Shown piece after piece: positions 1 to 8,205 of a DNA stretch of 31,211 nt. Source of the stretch: a virus (Duplodnaviria > Caudoviricetes); the IMG/VR virus record IMGVR_UViG_3300032323_001405, positions 1 to 31,211 of that record. One strand, given 5' to 3'. The position numbers and the translations under genes are program-made. Within the stretch, counting starts at the first letter, position 1; each line of letters begins with the position of its first letter. A model generated the notes under the pieces. It was not told where the DNA came from and searched no databases. It saw only the letters and a program-made list of their open reading frames with translations.

Positions 1-69
1 ATTACGGGTATTGGCAGGAAGATTACAAAGTCTTGCATATCAACGCTTGGGATTTAAGAAGGTGCTTTC

Positions 70-1917
70 GTGTACGCTAACGGTAACAACTTACTTCCGT
101 ACCAGGTGGAAGGGCGCAACTTTCTCGTTGCGCCTAACCCCGGTTCGCTAAAGAATCACAAATACCTTTGTTGGCATCCAGGGACCGGTAAATCGTGCAT
201 CATATGCGCGGCGCTTGTTGATTCGCATGTCGAAACGCTTTTACTGATTTGCCCTGTCAGAATTAAACGAACTTGGGCTAAGCATCTCGTTAATTGGGGC
301 GTTGTTGATAATGTCGATGACATCCACATAGTTTGGCAAACGGACGAAATAATACCGATCACGAAGCGCGTTATTATCATCAGTTACGAGTTGCTTTTAT
401 CTCCGACGATTCAGAAACAACTAAAAGGAAAGACTTATGACGCGATTGTTGTTGACGAAGCCCATCGCGCGAAGACTCTCACAAGCAAACGATCAAACAT
501 TTTATTCGGTAAGGACGCGCTTATCGGATATGGAAGGCTTAAATGGCTTGCTTCCGGTACGCCTATGCCGAACGGGTCAGCAAATGAAATGTACCCCGCC
601 ATATCTGCACTATACCCTGAATGTATTGACCGGTGCGATTACGAAACGTTTTTACTTCGTTTTTGCGGTGCCTGGCAGACGTTTAACGGGTATGGAACAG
701 AGCTACATCTTGGCACGGATAGCGACATTCAAGGCTTACGGGAAAAGTTCAAGGGCTTCGTATCCTTCAAAACGATTGAGGAAGTCGCTAAAGATTTACC
801 GCCAGTGGTTGAAAAGCTTGTGTACATCGACATTGGAAGAATAGGCGCTGACCAGCACGATACGCCGATATCAACTTTGGCTAGATTAACGGGCGAAGCG
901 AAGATACCGCAAGTTGCCGAGTATGTAAGCGATTGGCTAAAGCAGCATAACGGAGAACGGTTAATCGTATTTGCGTATCACCGTGAAGTGATTTTACAGT
1001 TGTACGCGCTTATCGGGGAACAAGAACCGGAAACATCTTATCTGTTTGGCGGTCAATCTGACTCGTTGAAACAATCTATATTGAAAAACTTTTGTCGGAA
1101 AGAGAATTACACTCGTTGTCTTATTCTACAAATCAACGCCGCTGGCGAAGCGATTGACGGGCTTCAACGCGTAGCGAATCACATTATCCAGGCGGAACCT
1201 GACTGGTCGCCAGGCGTTGGTAATCAAGCCATAGGGCGCTTGTATCGAATTGGACAAACGAAACCAACTTACGTAACTACAATTGTTGCCGAAAACACTT
1301 TAGACGAAACGAAGGTATTTAAATACGATAGGAAACAAGGTATAATAGATCAATACTTTGCTTACGAAGCTGATCAAAACTACACTACAAAGGAACAAAC
1401 CATGCCGACAACAGAACAGTGGGATGACATTATTGACCTTGCCGACAGACTTGTAAGTATCATCGAACGTACTTACGAGGGAAACGGAACAACAGAAACC
1501 AAGCCAAAACAGACGAGACAACGAAAACCGAAAGACGCTGTACCAACTACCGATGCACCGCCCCCGGTTGCGCCTTCTGCCCCGCCTGCGGTTCAACAAA
1601 ATGCGACTGCGCAACCACAACCGCAACCAATGCAAACAGACTTTCCGAAATCTTTTCAGGAAGTTATTGATTGCGCTAAAGCCGCGAAAGCAAGGATCAC
1701 ACAACAATTCGTGACCGCTCACAATATCGACGGGGCGGAAGCCGAACAGAAAGCGATTGCCTTAATTTCAGCCGACGTTATCAAGCCACTTGGCTACGAA
1801 AACCTGCCGCAAGCTGAGACTGATACCCCGCAACGTTGGGTATTAATCATGCAACAATTGGCATCGAAACAGTATGTTCCTAACGGCGTACCGCAAACGG
1901 CTAACGTAGGATTCTAA
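70..1917 (+). CDS. SNF2-family (SF2) helicase with a fused C-terminal extension of about 170 aa
   Basis: Walker A-like PGTGKS, motif II VVDEAH, motif III ASGTP, motif V AAGEAIDGLQ and motif VI QAIGRLYRIGQ. The helicase core ends near aa 430. GTG start. Confidence 0.9.
   Translation: MYANGNNLLPYQVEGRNFLVAPNPGSLKNHKYLCWHPGTGKSCIICAALVDSHVETLLLICPVRIKRTWAKHLVNWGVVDNVDDIHIVWQTDEIIPITKRVIIISYELLLSPTIQKQLKGKTYDAIVVDEAHRAKTLTSKRSNILFGKDALIGYGRLKWLASGTPMPNGSANEMYPAISALYPECIDRCDYETFLLRFCGAWQTFNGYGTELHLGTDSDIQGLREKFKGFVSFKTIEEVAKDLPPVVEKLVYIDIGRIGADQHDTPISTLARLTGEAKIPQVAEYVSDWLKQHNGERLIVFAYHREVILQLYALIGEQEPETSYLFGGQSDSLKQSILKNFCRKENYTRCLILQINAAGEAIDGLQRVANHIIQAEPDWSPGVGNQAIGRLYRIGQTKPTYVTTIVAENTLDETKVFKYDRKQGIIDQYFAYEADQNYTTKEQTMPTTEQWDDIIDLADRLVSIIERTYEGNGTTETKPKQTRQRKPKDAVPTTDAPPPVAPSAPPAVQQNATAQPQPQPMQTDFPKSFQEVIDCAKAAKARITQQFVTAHNIDGAEAEQKAIALISADVIKPLGYENLPQAETDTPQRWVLIMQQLASKQYVPNGVPQTANVGF
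1402..1917 (+). CDS. Probable nested in-frame protein (171 aa) with a Pro/Ala/Gln-rich linker and helical C-terminal domain
   Basis: AAAGGA at 1389-1394 lies 7 nt before an in-frame ATG at 1402. The architecture resembles the small gene usually found upstream of DUF2800 in these modules (inference). Confidence 0.6.
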   Translation: MPTTEQWDDIIDLADRLVSIIERTYEGNGTTETKPKQTRQRKPKDAVPTTDAPPPVAPSAPPAVQQNATAQPQPQPMQTDFPKSFQEVIDCAKAAKARITQQFVTAHNIDGAEAEQKAIALISADVIKPLGYENLPQAETDTPQRWVLIMQQLASKQYVPNGVPQTANVGF

Positions 1918-1925
1918 AAACGAGT

Positions 1926-1989
1926 TTTGTTTATCCCCTTAAACAAAGAGTCGAAGGGGTTACGGTCTTACTCCCGTAACCCCTTTCGA
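1926..1989 (+). promoter_or_regulatory. Two adjacent hairpins in the leader of the DUF2800 gene
   Basis: TTTGTTTA (1926-1933) pairs with TAAACAAA (1940-1947). AAGGGGTTACGG (1954-1965) pairs with CCGTAACCCCTT (1974-1985). Confidence 0.55.
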
Positions 1990-2011
1990 TTAACCAGACG
2001 AGGAAATAAAA

Positions 2012-3295
2012 ATGGCATTACATCATAAACTAGGCGCTTCGACGTGTGAGCGTTGGGGAACGTGCGCCGGTTCGGTAGTTCTTAGTGCAAAGGCGTCCAA
2101 ACTACCGCCAAGTAAATACGCGGCGCAAGGTACGGCGGCACATACCGCGTGTTCCCAATGGCTATTAGGCGAACCGCTAACCCTTGGCTGCATGATCGAC
2201 GTACAGGAAGGCGGTTTTTCATTTGAGTACAGCCAAGAGGATAACGACGGTACAGTATGCTTTGACCATGTTGTTACTTATGTCGAATACATTGAATCGC
2301 GCGGCGTAGAACGAATGTTGGTCGAACAACAAGTAAATATACCGGGAACCGATCTTTTCGGCACGGCTGACTGTATCTTGATTGACCCTTACAGCCATAT
2401 GGAAGTTATCGACTTCAAATACGGTCGCGGTGTGAAGGTTGCGGCGAAAGATAACAAGCAGTTGCTTTATTACGCGGCTGCTAGTTTCTTGTCGTTACCT
2501 GAAATCGTGAGAGCCGAGATACCTAAGATCATCGTTACGATTGTACAGCCAAGAGCGCCAGGGGCGGGGATAGAAAGCTATGCGTATACGCCTGCCGAGA
2601 TTCACGAGTTTATGGGTTGGCTGATGGCGGCAAAACAAGAGGTAGAGATAGCAACGGGCGAATACGGTGATTTGCGACAAGATATGTGGCAAACGCTGTA
2701 CCTTAAGCCAGGTGATCACTGCCGGTGGTGCCCGGCTAATCCGACTTGTCCAGCGGTACAAGGGTACGTTGTTGACGTTATTTCAGGCGATGCGAAACTT
2801 GATTTTATCAATGAAACAGTTAAGCTACCTAACCCCGCTGATCTGCCCCTAGACGTATTGGCGCGTGTATTTGTCGGCGGTGATGACGTGAAAGACTTTA
2901 TCGATAAATGTTACTCGCTGTTCAACGTTTACGCCAAGGAAGGTATATTCGACCCGGCTGATTTTGGATTGAAGTTAGTCGAAGGCGTGAAGCACCGTAA
3001 ATGGATAAACCCGGAACAGACAGCTATCGTCTTGACTAAAGATTATGGTTTTACAAAAGAAGCGATTTACACTGAACCGAAATTAAAATCTCCGAATCAA
3101 ATAGAAAAACTACTAGGGAAAGATGGGAAAGATTTTACGTCTAACGGCGCCATTAAACCAGCAGGCGAAATATCTTTAGCTCCACTGGCTGATAGACGAC
3201 CAGCGGTTACGTATTCAAAACCGCAAGATGATTTTAAGGATGTAGCACTTGAATATCAATTGACGAAATCTTTGGAAACTGCCATACTAGAATGA
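2012..3295 (+). CDS. DUF2800 / Cas4-like PD-(D/E)XK exonuclease
   Basis: N-terminal H-x-x-LGAS..RW..C.GS, AAQGTAAH, FGTADC...VIDFKYGRG, NKQLLYYA and C-terminal PGDHCRWCPANPTCP. GAGG RBS upstream. Confidence 0.9.
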   Translation: MALHHKLGASTCERWGTCAGSVVLSAKASKLPPSKYAAQGTAAHTACSQWLLGEPLTLGCMIDVQEGGFSFEYSQEDNDGTVCFDHVVTYVEYIESRGVERMLVEQQVNIPGTDLFGTADCILIDPYSHMEVIDFKYGRGVKVAAKDNKQLLYYAAASFLSLPEIVRAEIPKIIVTIVQPRAPGAGIESYAYTPAEIHEFMGWLMAAKQEVEIATGEYGDLRQDMWQTLYLKPGDHCRWCPANPTCPAVQGYVVDVISGDAKLDFINETVKLPNPADLPLDVLARVFVGGDDVKDFIDKCYSLFNVYAKEGIFDPADFGLKLVEGVKHRKWINPEQTAIVLTKDYGFTKEAIYTEPKLKSPNQIEKLLGKDGKDFTSNGAIKPAGEISLAPLADRRPAVTYSKPQDDFKDVALEYQLTKSLETAILE

Positions 3296-3388
3296 TCAAT
3301 TTACTTCGTGCTAGCATAAGAGATTCGGAACTGAACCGGTAAGTTGACTATAAACGAGAGGGAGCCTCGCTAAAAGCTACCGCGTTTT

Positions 3389-3418
3389 GCCGGTTGTACG
3401 AAATGCAAAACAACCGGC
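3389..3418 (+). promoter_or_regulatory. Hairpin upstream of the ssDNA-binding protein gene
   Basis: GCCGGTTGT (3389-3397) pairs perfectly with ACAACCGGC (3410-3418), 16 nt upstream of the GGAG RBS. Confidence 0.5.
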
Positions 3419-3446
3419 GCCTTTACACAACTACGGAGTACGTATA

Positions 3447-4157
3447 ATGACTACTACAGAACGATTTGCAGAACGCGTTATGACCCCCCTATGCCGTTGG
3501 GATTACATAAAGGTCATGCCGGAAGATGTCAGAAAAACAACAATCGGCGCTAATCCTCAACCGTTGCCAGAAGATAAATGGGCGCAAGAATTTCACTGCT
3601 TGATTCCGAAACAGTTGACCGACCCGAACGACGTAAAAGCGTTTGACGCGTTGAAGCAATTGGTTTTGCGCGCTGCCGCTGCCTTTTATCCAGGCGTTGA
3701 CGTTAACGGTCGCAAGCCAGATGGAAGCCCTATAATCAAGTTGCCGTTCCAAGACGGTGACGCTTACAACCAGGGCGCGGGCGGCAAGAAACCGCAATAC
3801 GTCGGCATGGTTTACTTTTCGGTAAGAAGTATCGGCAAAAAACATCACATCAAACCGGCTCAACTGGATTCCAGCGGCGCAATTGTCGATATCCTCGATA
3901 AGCGCGAACTGTACAGCGGTTGTTGGGGTAAAGTGATGGTATCAATTTATCCGAACATGAAGGGCGCCGCGCAAGGTTTGAACTTTGGCTTGTCTTCAAT
4001 GCTCAAAATGAAAGACGATACGCCATTGTTCAGTGGCGGCGCGGGTAACGCGGCTGAAGACTTTAAGGAAGTTGCCGCTGATCCGAACAACCGCCCATCG
4101 AATGCGGGTATGTTCACGCAAACGCCGTCAACAGGCGGATTGAATCTAGGTTTTTAG
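3447..4157 (+). CDS. DUF2815 phage ssDNA-binding protein (T7 gp2.5-like)
   Basis: KLPFQDGD, ELYSGCWGKV and GLNFGLSSMLKMKDDTPL motifs, and position between DUF2800 and PolA. Start moved to ATG 3447 because of GGAG at 3435-3438. Confidence 0.85.
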   Translation: MTTTERFAERVMTPLCRWDYIKVMPEDVRKTTIGANPQPLPEDKWAQEFHCLIPKQLTDPNDVKAFDALKQLVLRAAAAFYPGVDVNGRKPDGSPIIKLPFQDGDAYNQGAGGKKPQYVGMVYFSVRSIGKKHHIKPAQLDSSGAIVDILDKRELYSGCWGKVMVSIYPNMKGAAQGLNFGLSSMLKMKDDTPLFSGGAGNAAEDFKEVAADPNNRPSNAGMFTQTPSTGGLNLGF

Positions 4158-4212
4158 CGCCAAGGGCTAGTGCAAACCCGTACCGCGTAAAGAACGGTTC
4201 GTAAGCGCTAAT

Positions 4213-4257
4213 AGGGCAACGGGGGCGTATGGCACTGCCCCCGCTGCCTTCCATTTT
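4213..4257 (+). terminator. GC-rich hairpin, possible terminator or attenuator between the SSB and polymerase genes
   Basis: AGGGCAACGGGGGC (4213-4226) pairs with GCCCCCGCTGCCTT (4237-4250). It is followed by CCATTTT, an imperfect U tract. Confidence 0.5.
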
Positions 4258-4269
4258 AAGGGGATTGCT

Positions 4270-6327
4270 TTGACTTACGTATTCTGTGACTTTGAAACTA
4301 AATCAAGAGCCGATATATCGAAAGTCGGCACCTGGAATTATTCGGCTCACGAGAGTACGGATGTTTTGATGTTTGCATACGATGTACGCCACACAACGCA
4401 CGGGTACTCGACCTTGTGGGTACCTGCCGACAATGACGAACTGATACTCTATGAACTAGCCAAGGATGAAACTGTAATCTTTGTAGCCCATCATGCGTTT
4501 TTTGAACAAGCGATATGGGCTAACGTGATGGTCAAGAAACACGGTTTCGCCCCGATACCCCCGCACCGTTGGCGATGCACACGGGCGTTAGCTTGGGCGC
4601 ACGGTTTACCGGGCAACCTTGACGGTGCGGCTAAAGCGCTTCAATTGAAATCACAAAAGCGTAGCAGCGGCAAGGAATTGATAAAGTTTTTCTGTATTCC
4701 TAAGACCGACGGAACTTTTAACGCGCCTGCCGATCACCCTGAAAAGTGGCAAGAGTTTTGCGGTTACTGCGTTGACGACGTTAAAACAATGCGCGAACTA
4801 TTTGAACGTCTTCGCCCGTTACCAGGTCGTGAACAAGAGGTATGGACCGTTGACCAGATAATCAATCAACGGGGCATTCAGTTAGATATTCCATTGCTTC
4901 AACGTGCTCAACTGTTTATCGAATACCAAAAGTACGAAAACAGAGTTGCGTTCGAAAAACTTACCGGTCTTCCGAGAGCCAGTCTACGGGCGCAATTTCA
5001 ACAATGGGTAAACGACCGTAATAAATACGATAAACCTGATTGTGGATTCGGTATCGCTAACACGCAAGCTGGAACAATCAAGGCGCTTCTAGCTAACCCG
5101 AATACCCCGCCTGATGTTATCCAAGCCACTGAACTTTATCAACAAGCGCAAAAATCATCGTTAATCAAATACGAGAAAGCGTTAACGATGTCCGATGCCG
5201 ACGGTATCTATCGCGAGGTAGGCAACTATGCCGGGGCGCATACGTTACGTTGGACTAGTTGGGGCGCGCAATGGCAGAATCCACCTAGACCGAAACACAA
5301 TATCGAGAACGTGATTCACGCCTTACGCACGTCCGATTACAAAACGTTTGAATGGCTGTATGGCAGTGTCACTATGCCGCTGTCGTCAATGATTCGGGGG
5401 CTGATCATTACCCGCCCCAATTGCAAATTGTACGTTGGCGACTACGTACAAATCGAAGCGCGCGGTTTGTCTTACCTAGCTGGCGATGAAACGAAGCTCG
5501 ATTTTTACCGCCAGGGATTAGACGTTTACAGTGAAGGCGCTAAAGAAGTGTTTCAGTGTGAAGTGTCTAAGAAGATAAACCCCGATAAGCGGCAAGCCTA
5601 CAAAGTTTTAGAACTGGCGAACCAGTACGGCGGGGGCATTGGCGCAGGCGCAAACTTTTCTAAGCAATACGATTTTGACCCTGAACCGTTGTACGATATT
5701 TTGTGGAATGCGGCTAGTCCGATGGTGCGAGGGAAAGCGGAATGGTCGGCAGATAGGTATGAGAAGACGGCGGACCCTGTTGATCGGCTATCACGTAAAG
5801 CGGCGCTAGGGATTGATGTGTTCAAACAGAAGTGGCGCGCGGCTAACCCGTTGATAGTGAAGTATTGGAGTGATTTAGAGAATGCAGTCAAAGCCGCCAT
5901 CTATTCTAAAAAACCCGTGGTCGTTGGGGCGGTTACGTGGTTCGTCGATGATATATTTTTGTACTGTCGGCTACCAAGCGGACGTGACATTATCTACCCG
6001 TACCCCGACGTTAGTTCAGACGGAACTATTAGCTACTGGGGAGAAGACAACGGTAAGTTTGTCAAGCAATACACTTATGGGGGGAAACTTAGCGAGAACG
6101 TTACTCAAGCATTCTGCCGTGATTTTCTAGCTTGGGCTATGGTCGATCTTGAAGCGGCTAACTTCCCTGTAGTTCTTCATTTGCACGACGAAGCTGTATG
6201 CGAAGTTCCGGTATCAGATGATCGGTTTGACGAATTTAAACGAGTACTAGGACAATCGCGCCAATGGGCGCCAGGGTTCCCGATAGGCGTAGATAGTTGG
6301 CAGGGGGTAAGATATGACAAACGTTGA
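4270..6327 (+). CDS. Phage family A DNA polymerase with 3'-5' exonuclease domain
   Basis: ExoI CDFET, ExoII AHHAFFE, ExoIII YCVDDV; motif A GDYVQIEAR, motif B RQAYKVLELANQYG, TYGGKLSENVTQA, motif C LHLHDE. TTG start after AAGGGG. Confidence 0.95.
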   Translation: MTYVFCDFETKSRADISKVGTWNYSAHESTDVLMFAYDVRHTTHGYSTLWVPADNDELILYELAKDETVIFVAHHAFFEQAIWANVMVKKHGFAPIPPHRWRCTRALAWAHGLPGNLDGAAKALQLKSQKRSSGKELIKFFCIPKTDGTFNAPADHPEKWQEFCGYCVDDVKTMRELFERLRPLPGREQEVWTVDQIINQRGIQLDIPLLQRAQLFIEYQKYENRVAFEKLTGLPRASLRAQFQQWVNDRNKYDKPDCGFGIANTQAGTIKALLANPNTPPDVIQATELYQQAQKSSLIKYEKALTMSDADGIYREVGNYAGAHTLRWTSWGAQWQNPPRPKHNIENVIHALRTSDYKTFEWLYGSVTMPLSSMIRGLIITRPNCKLYVGDYVQIEARGLSYLAGDETKLDFYRQGLDVYSEGAKEVFQCEVSKKINPDKRQAYKVLELANQYGGGIGAGANFSKQYDFDPEPLYDILWNAASPMVRGKAEWSADRYEKTADPVDRLSRKAALGIDVFKQKWRAANPLIVKYWSDLENAVKAAIYSKKPVVVGAVTWFVDDIFLYCRLPSGRDIIYPYPDVSSDGTISYWGEDNGKFVKQYTYGGKLSENVTQAFCRDFLAWAMVDLEAANFPVVLHLHDEAVCEVPVSDDRFDEFKRVLGQSRQWAPGFPIGVDSWQGVRYDKR

Positions 6328-6366
6328 CGAATGCAATTGTGTAATGTGCTCAAAGAGGCGAAGTAG

Positions 6367-6831
6367 ATGGGTAAGTCAAAATACGATGGAGCGGGAAAAA
6401 TTAGGCTTGACCACGATCAAAAGGTCTTGGTTGCGCTCACTATGGTTTGTGCTATGGCGCGGCGCATTGAGCTTATACATGATATTACGGCAACCGAATC
6501 CGAAATCAAAGAGCGCGAAGCCCTAAATAAATGGTGGATGGACGAGTTAACCGAACCAGGGCGTAATAAAATCGAAGCCTGGATGCGCGCGCATATGGAA
6601 CCGGGCGAACCGAGAACAAGCCAGGAAGCTATACTGATCATGGTTTGTTGTTACTGCCGGATGATGCAGTTACGCTATACGCCTGAGAATCAACGGTCTA
6701 AAAGCGACTACGAAACATGGCGCCGACTTGAATACGACTGGTCCGACGGTGGACAAGCCAATCAATTCAAAGTCGTTAAATGGGTGAAAGAACTGTATAA
6801 GGGTTACGATCAATTGACGGTGTTGTTATGA
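6367..6831 (+). CDS. Hypothetical protein with two copies of an approximately 65 aa repeat
   Basis: GAGG RBS and ATGA overlap with the next gene. Similar internally and to 6828..7070. Confidence 0.75.
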   Translation: MGKSKYDGAGKIRLDHDQKVLVALTMVCAMARRIELIHDITATESEIKEREALNKWWMDELTEPGRNKIEAWMRAHMEPGEPRTSQEAILIMVCCYCRMMQLRYTPENQRSKSDYETWRRLEYDWSDGGQANQFKVVKWVKELYKGYDQLTVLL

Positions 6832-7070
6832 TGACAGAAGCACAATTAATCATGTTCAAGTGCATCTGTGCCTACGGGCGCATATGTGAACTGCAAGCGA
6901 AGCTAATAAAAAACCCTTGGGAAATTGAGGAAGAAAAGCTGTTAGCCGAATGGTGGCAGACTCTTAACTTGGCTCAACACGCGAAGATAAAGAACGTCAT
7001 GCGGCGATATTCGGTACAAGCGCAAATGTTGGCACAACGAAACATAAAGGATAAAAAACATGACGCCTAA
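6828..7070 (+). CDS. Hypothetical protein, paralogue of the repeat in 6367..6831
   Basis: Coupled to both neighbours. Shares CA..R..EL...EI.E...L..WW...L...KI...MR with the upstream ORF. Confidence 0.75.
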   Translation: MMTEAQLIMFKCICAYGRICELQAKLIKNPWEIEEEKLLAEWWQTLNLAQHAKIKNVMRRYSVQAQMLAQRNIKDKKHDA

Positions 7071-7770
7071 ATTGATCGGTATAACTGGCTACGCAAGACA
7101 CGGCAAAGGTTCAGTTGCGAAAGTATTAGAGGCGCGCGGTTATACGGTGCTTAGCTTTGCTGAACCTGTTAAGCGCTTCCTATTGGCTTTGAATCCGTTG
7201 ATAGAAACCAATATATCAAACGACTTTTACGGTCGTTCTCGTGAAATAGAAGCGCTTCCGCCAGTGCAAGGGCATTACGAGACGCCGTATAGCCGGGGTA
7301 TTCGGTTATCGGTTCTCGTGGCTCACTACGGCAGTTTAGATAAGGTAAAAGACGTGCATCCCGACGTTCGCGCTTTACTTCAACGCCTCGGTACGGACGC
7401 TGCTAAACCGATATTCGGTAACGATTGTTGGGCAAGACGCGGTATCAATAAAGCGCATAAAATTATCAGCGAAGGCGGTAAAGTTTGTTTCGACGACGTT
7501 CGTTTTCCAATTGAGGAAGGCGAGGCAATCCTTGGCATTGATAACGACGATAGGCTGCCAGATTTACGGATAAAAATAAATCCTCAAATCTGGCGCGTAA
7601 CCCGGATTGACAGCGAAGGTAAACCGTTCGACAATGGAATTGATACTGATCATCCGTCGGAAAGCCAAGTAAAGAACTTTGTACCGGACGAGGAAATATT
7701 GAATGACGGAAGCCTTGACGATCTAGCCGCTAAGATAGACGAGATACTTGGGGTTAAAGCTACGTTATGA
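7060..7770 (+). CDS. Deoxynucleoside monophosphate kinase (T4 gp1-like)
   Basis: P-loop LIGITGYARHGK, SFAEPVK, RALLQRLGTD, DDVRFP, HPSE and ILNDGSLDDL. AAGGA RBS. Confidence 0.88.
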   Translation: MTPKLIGITGYARHGKGSVAKVLEARGYTVLSFAEPVKRFLLALNPLIETNISNDFYGRSREIEALPPVQGHYETPYSRGIRLSVLVAHYGSLDKVKDVHPDVRALLQRLGTDAAKPIFGNDCWARRGINKAHKIISEGGKVCFDDVRFPIEEGEAILGIDNDDRLPDLRIKINPQIWRVTRIDSEGKPFDNGIDTDHPSESQVKNFVPDEEILNDGSLDDLAAKIDEILGVKATL

Positions 7771-7964
7771 ATGATCGATCAGCTAAGGTTAAGATTGAAC
7801 ACGAGATTAAGTTAGTACTTCGCGGTGATTTAACGGTTAGCGATGCAAGTAACCGTATAATGATCATCGCTCAACTATGGAGGCGACATGCCAATAACAG
7901 CACACACGATAGCAATGTGCCAGCATTGCGGGAAGACAGCCAGGGGGCTAAAGGCGATAACTAA
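7767..7964 (+). CDS. Hypothetical protein (65 aa)
   Basis: ATGA overlap with the kinase stop codon. No recognisable motif. Confidence 0.55.
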   Translation: MNDRSAKVKIEHEIKLVLRGDLTVSDASNRIMIIAQLWRRHANNSTHDSNVPALREDSQGAKGDN

Positions 7965-8205
7965 AGACTTTGGTACTAGATGCGAAGGTCGTTTTCCAGC
8001 GCCTCAAAGTCTATGCAAGCCTTGCCGTTCAGCCGATGCCCAAGCTAGACGGGAAGCTAAGAAGAAACAGAACGCTAAGCCAAAATACAAAGCGAAAGCA
8101 GTTATAGGGAAACAGTTGACGCTTACGGAACGGTACCAACTGGAAACAGGCGATACCAGAAAACGGGCGGTACAGCACATGAAGAAAGCGCTAGGGCTAG
8201 CATGA
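7888..8205 (+). CDS. Small zinc-finger protein with a basic tail
   Basis: CQHC...CKPC pairs, GGAGG RBS, Lys-rich C-terminal half and ATGA-adjacent overlap with the next gene. Confidence 0.7.
   Translation: MPITAHTIAMCQHCGKTARGLKAITKDFGTRCEGRFPAPQSLCKPCRSADAQARREAKKKQNAKPKYKAKAVIGKQLTLTERYQLETGDTRKRAVQHMKKALGLA

Noticed and set aside
3-80. 3' end of an upstream gene (YGYWQEDYKVLHINAWDLRRCFRVR)
   Set aside because: Plausible, since it overlaps the helicase start, but too short to support or assign.
2012-3295. Cas4-like gene as evidence of CRISPR-Cas
   Set aside because: No repeat-spacer array or other cas genes are present. DUF2800 is a normal part of this replication module.
6314-6526. 70 aa ORF with CxCxxC overlapping the polymerase stop codon
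   Set aside because: It overlaps 160 nt of 6367..6831, which has an RBS and paralogy support. A short real product is not fully excluded.
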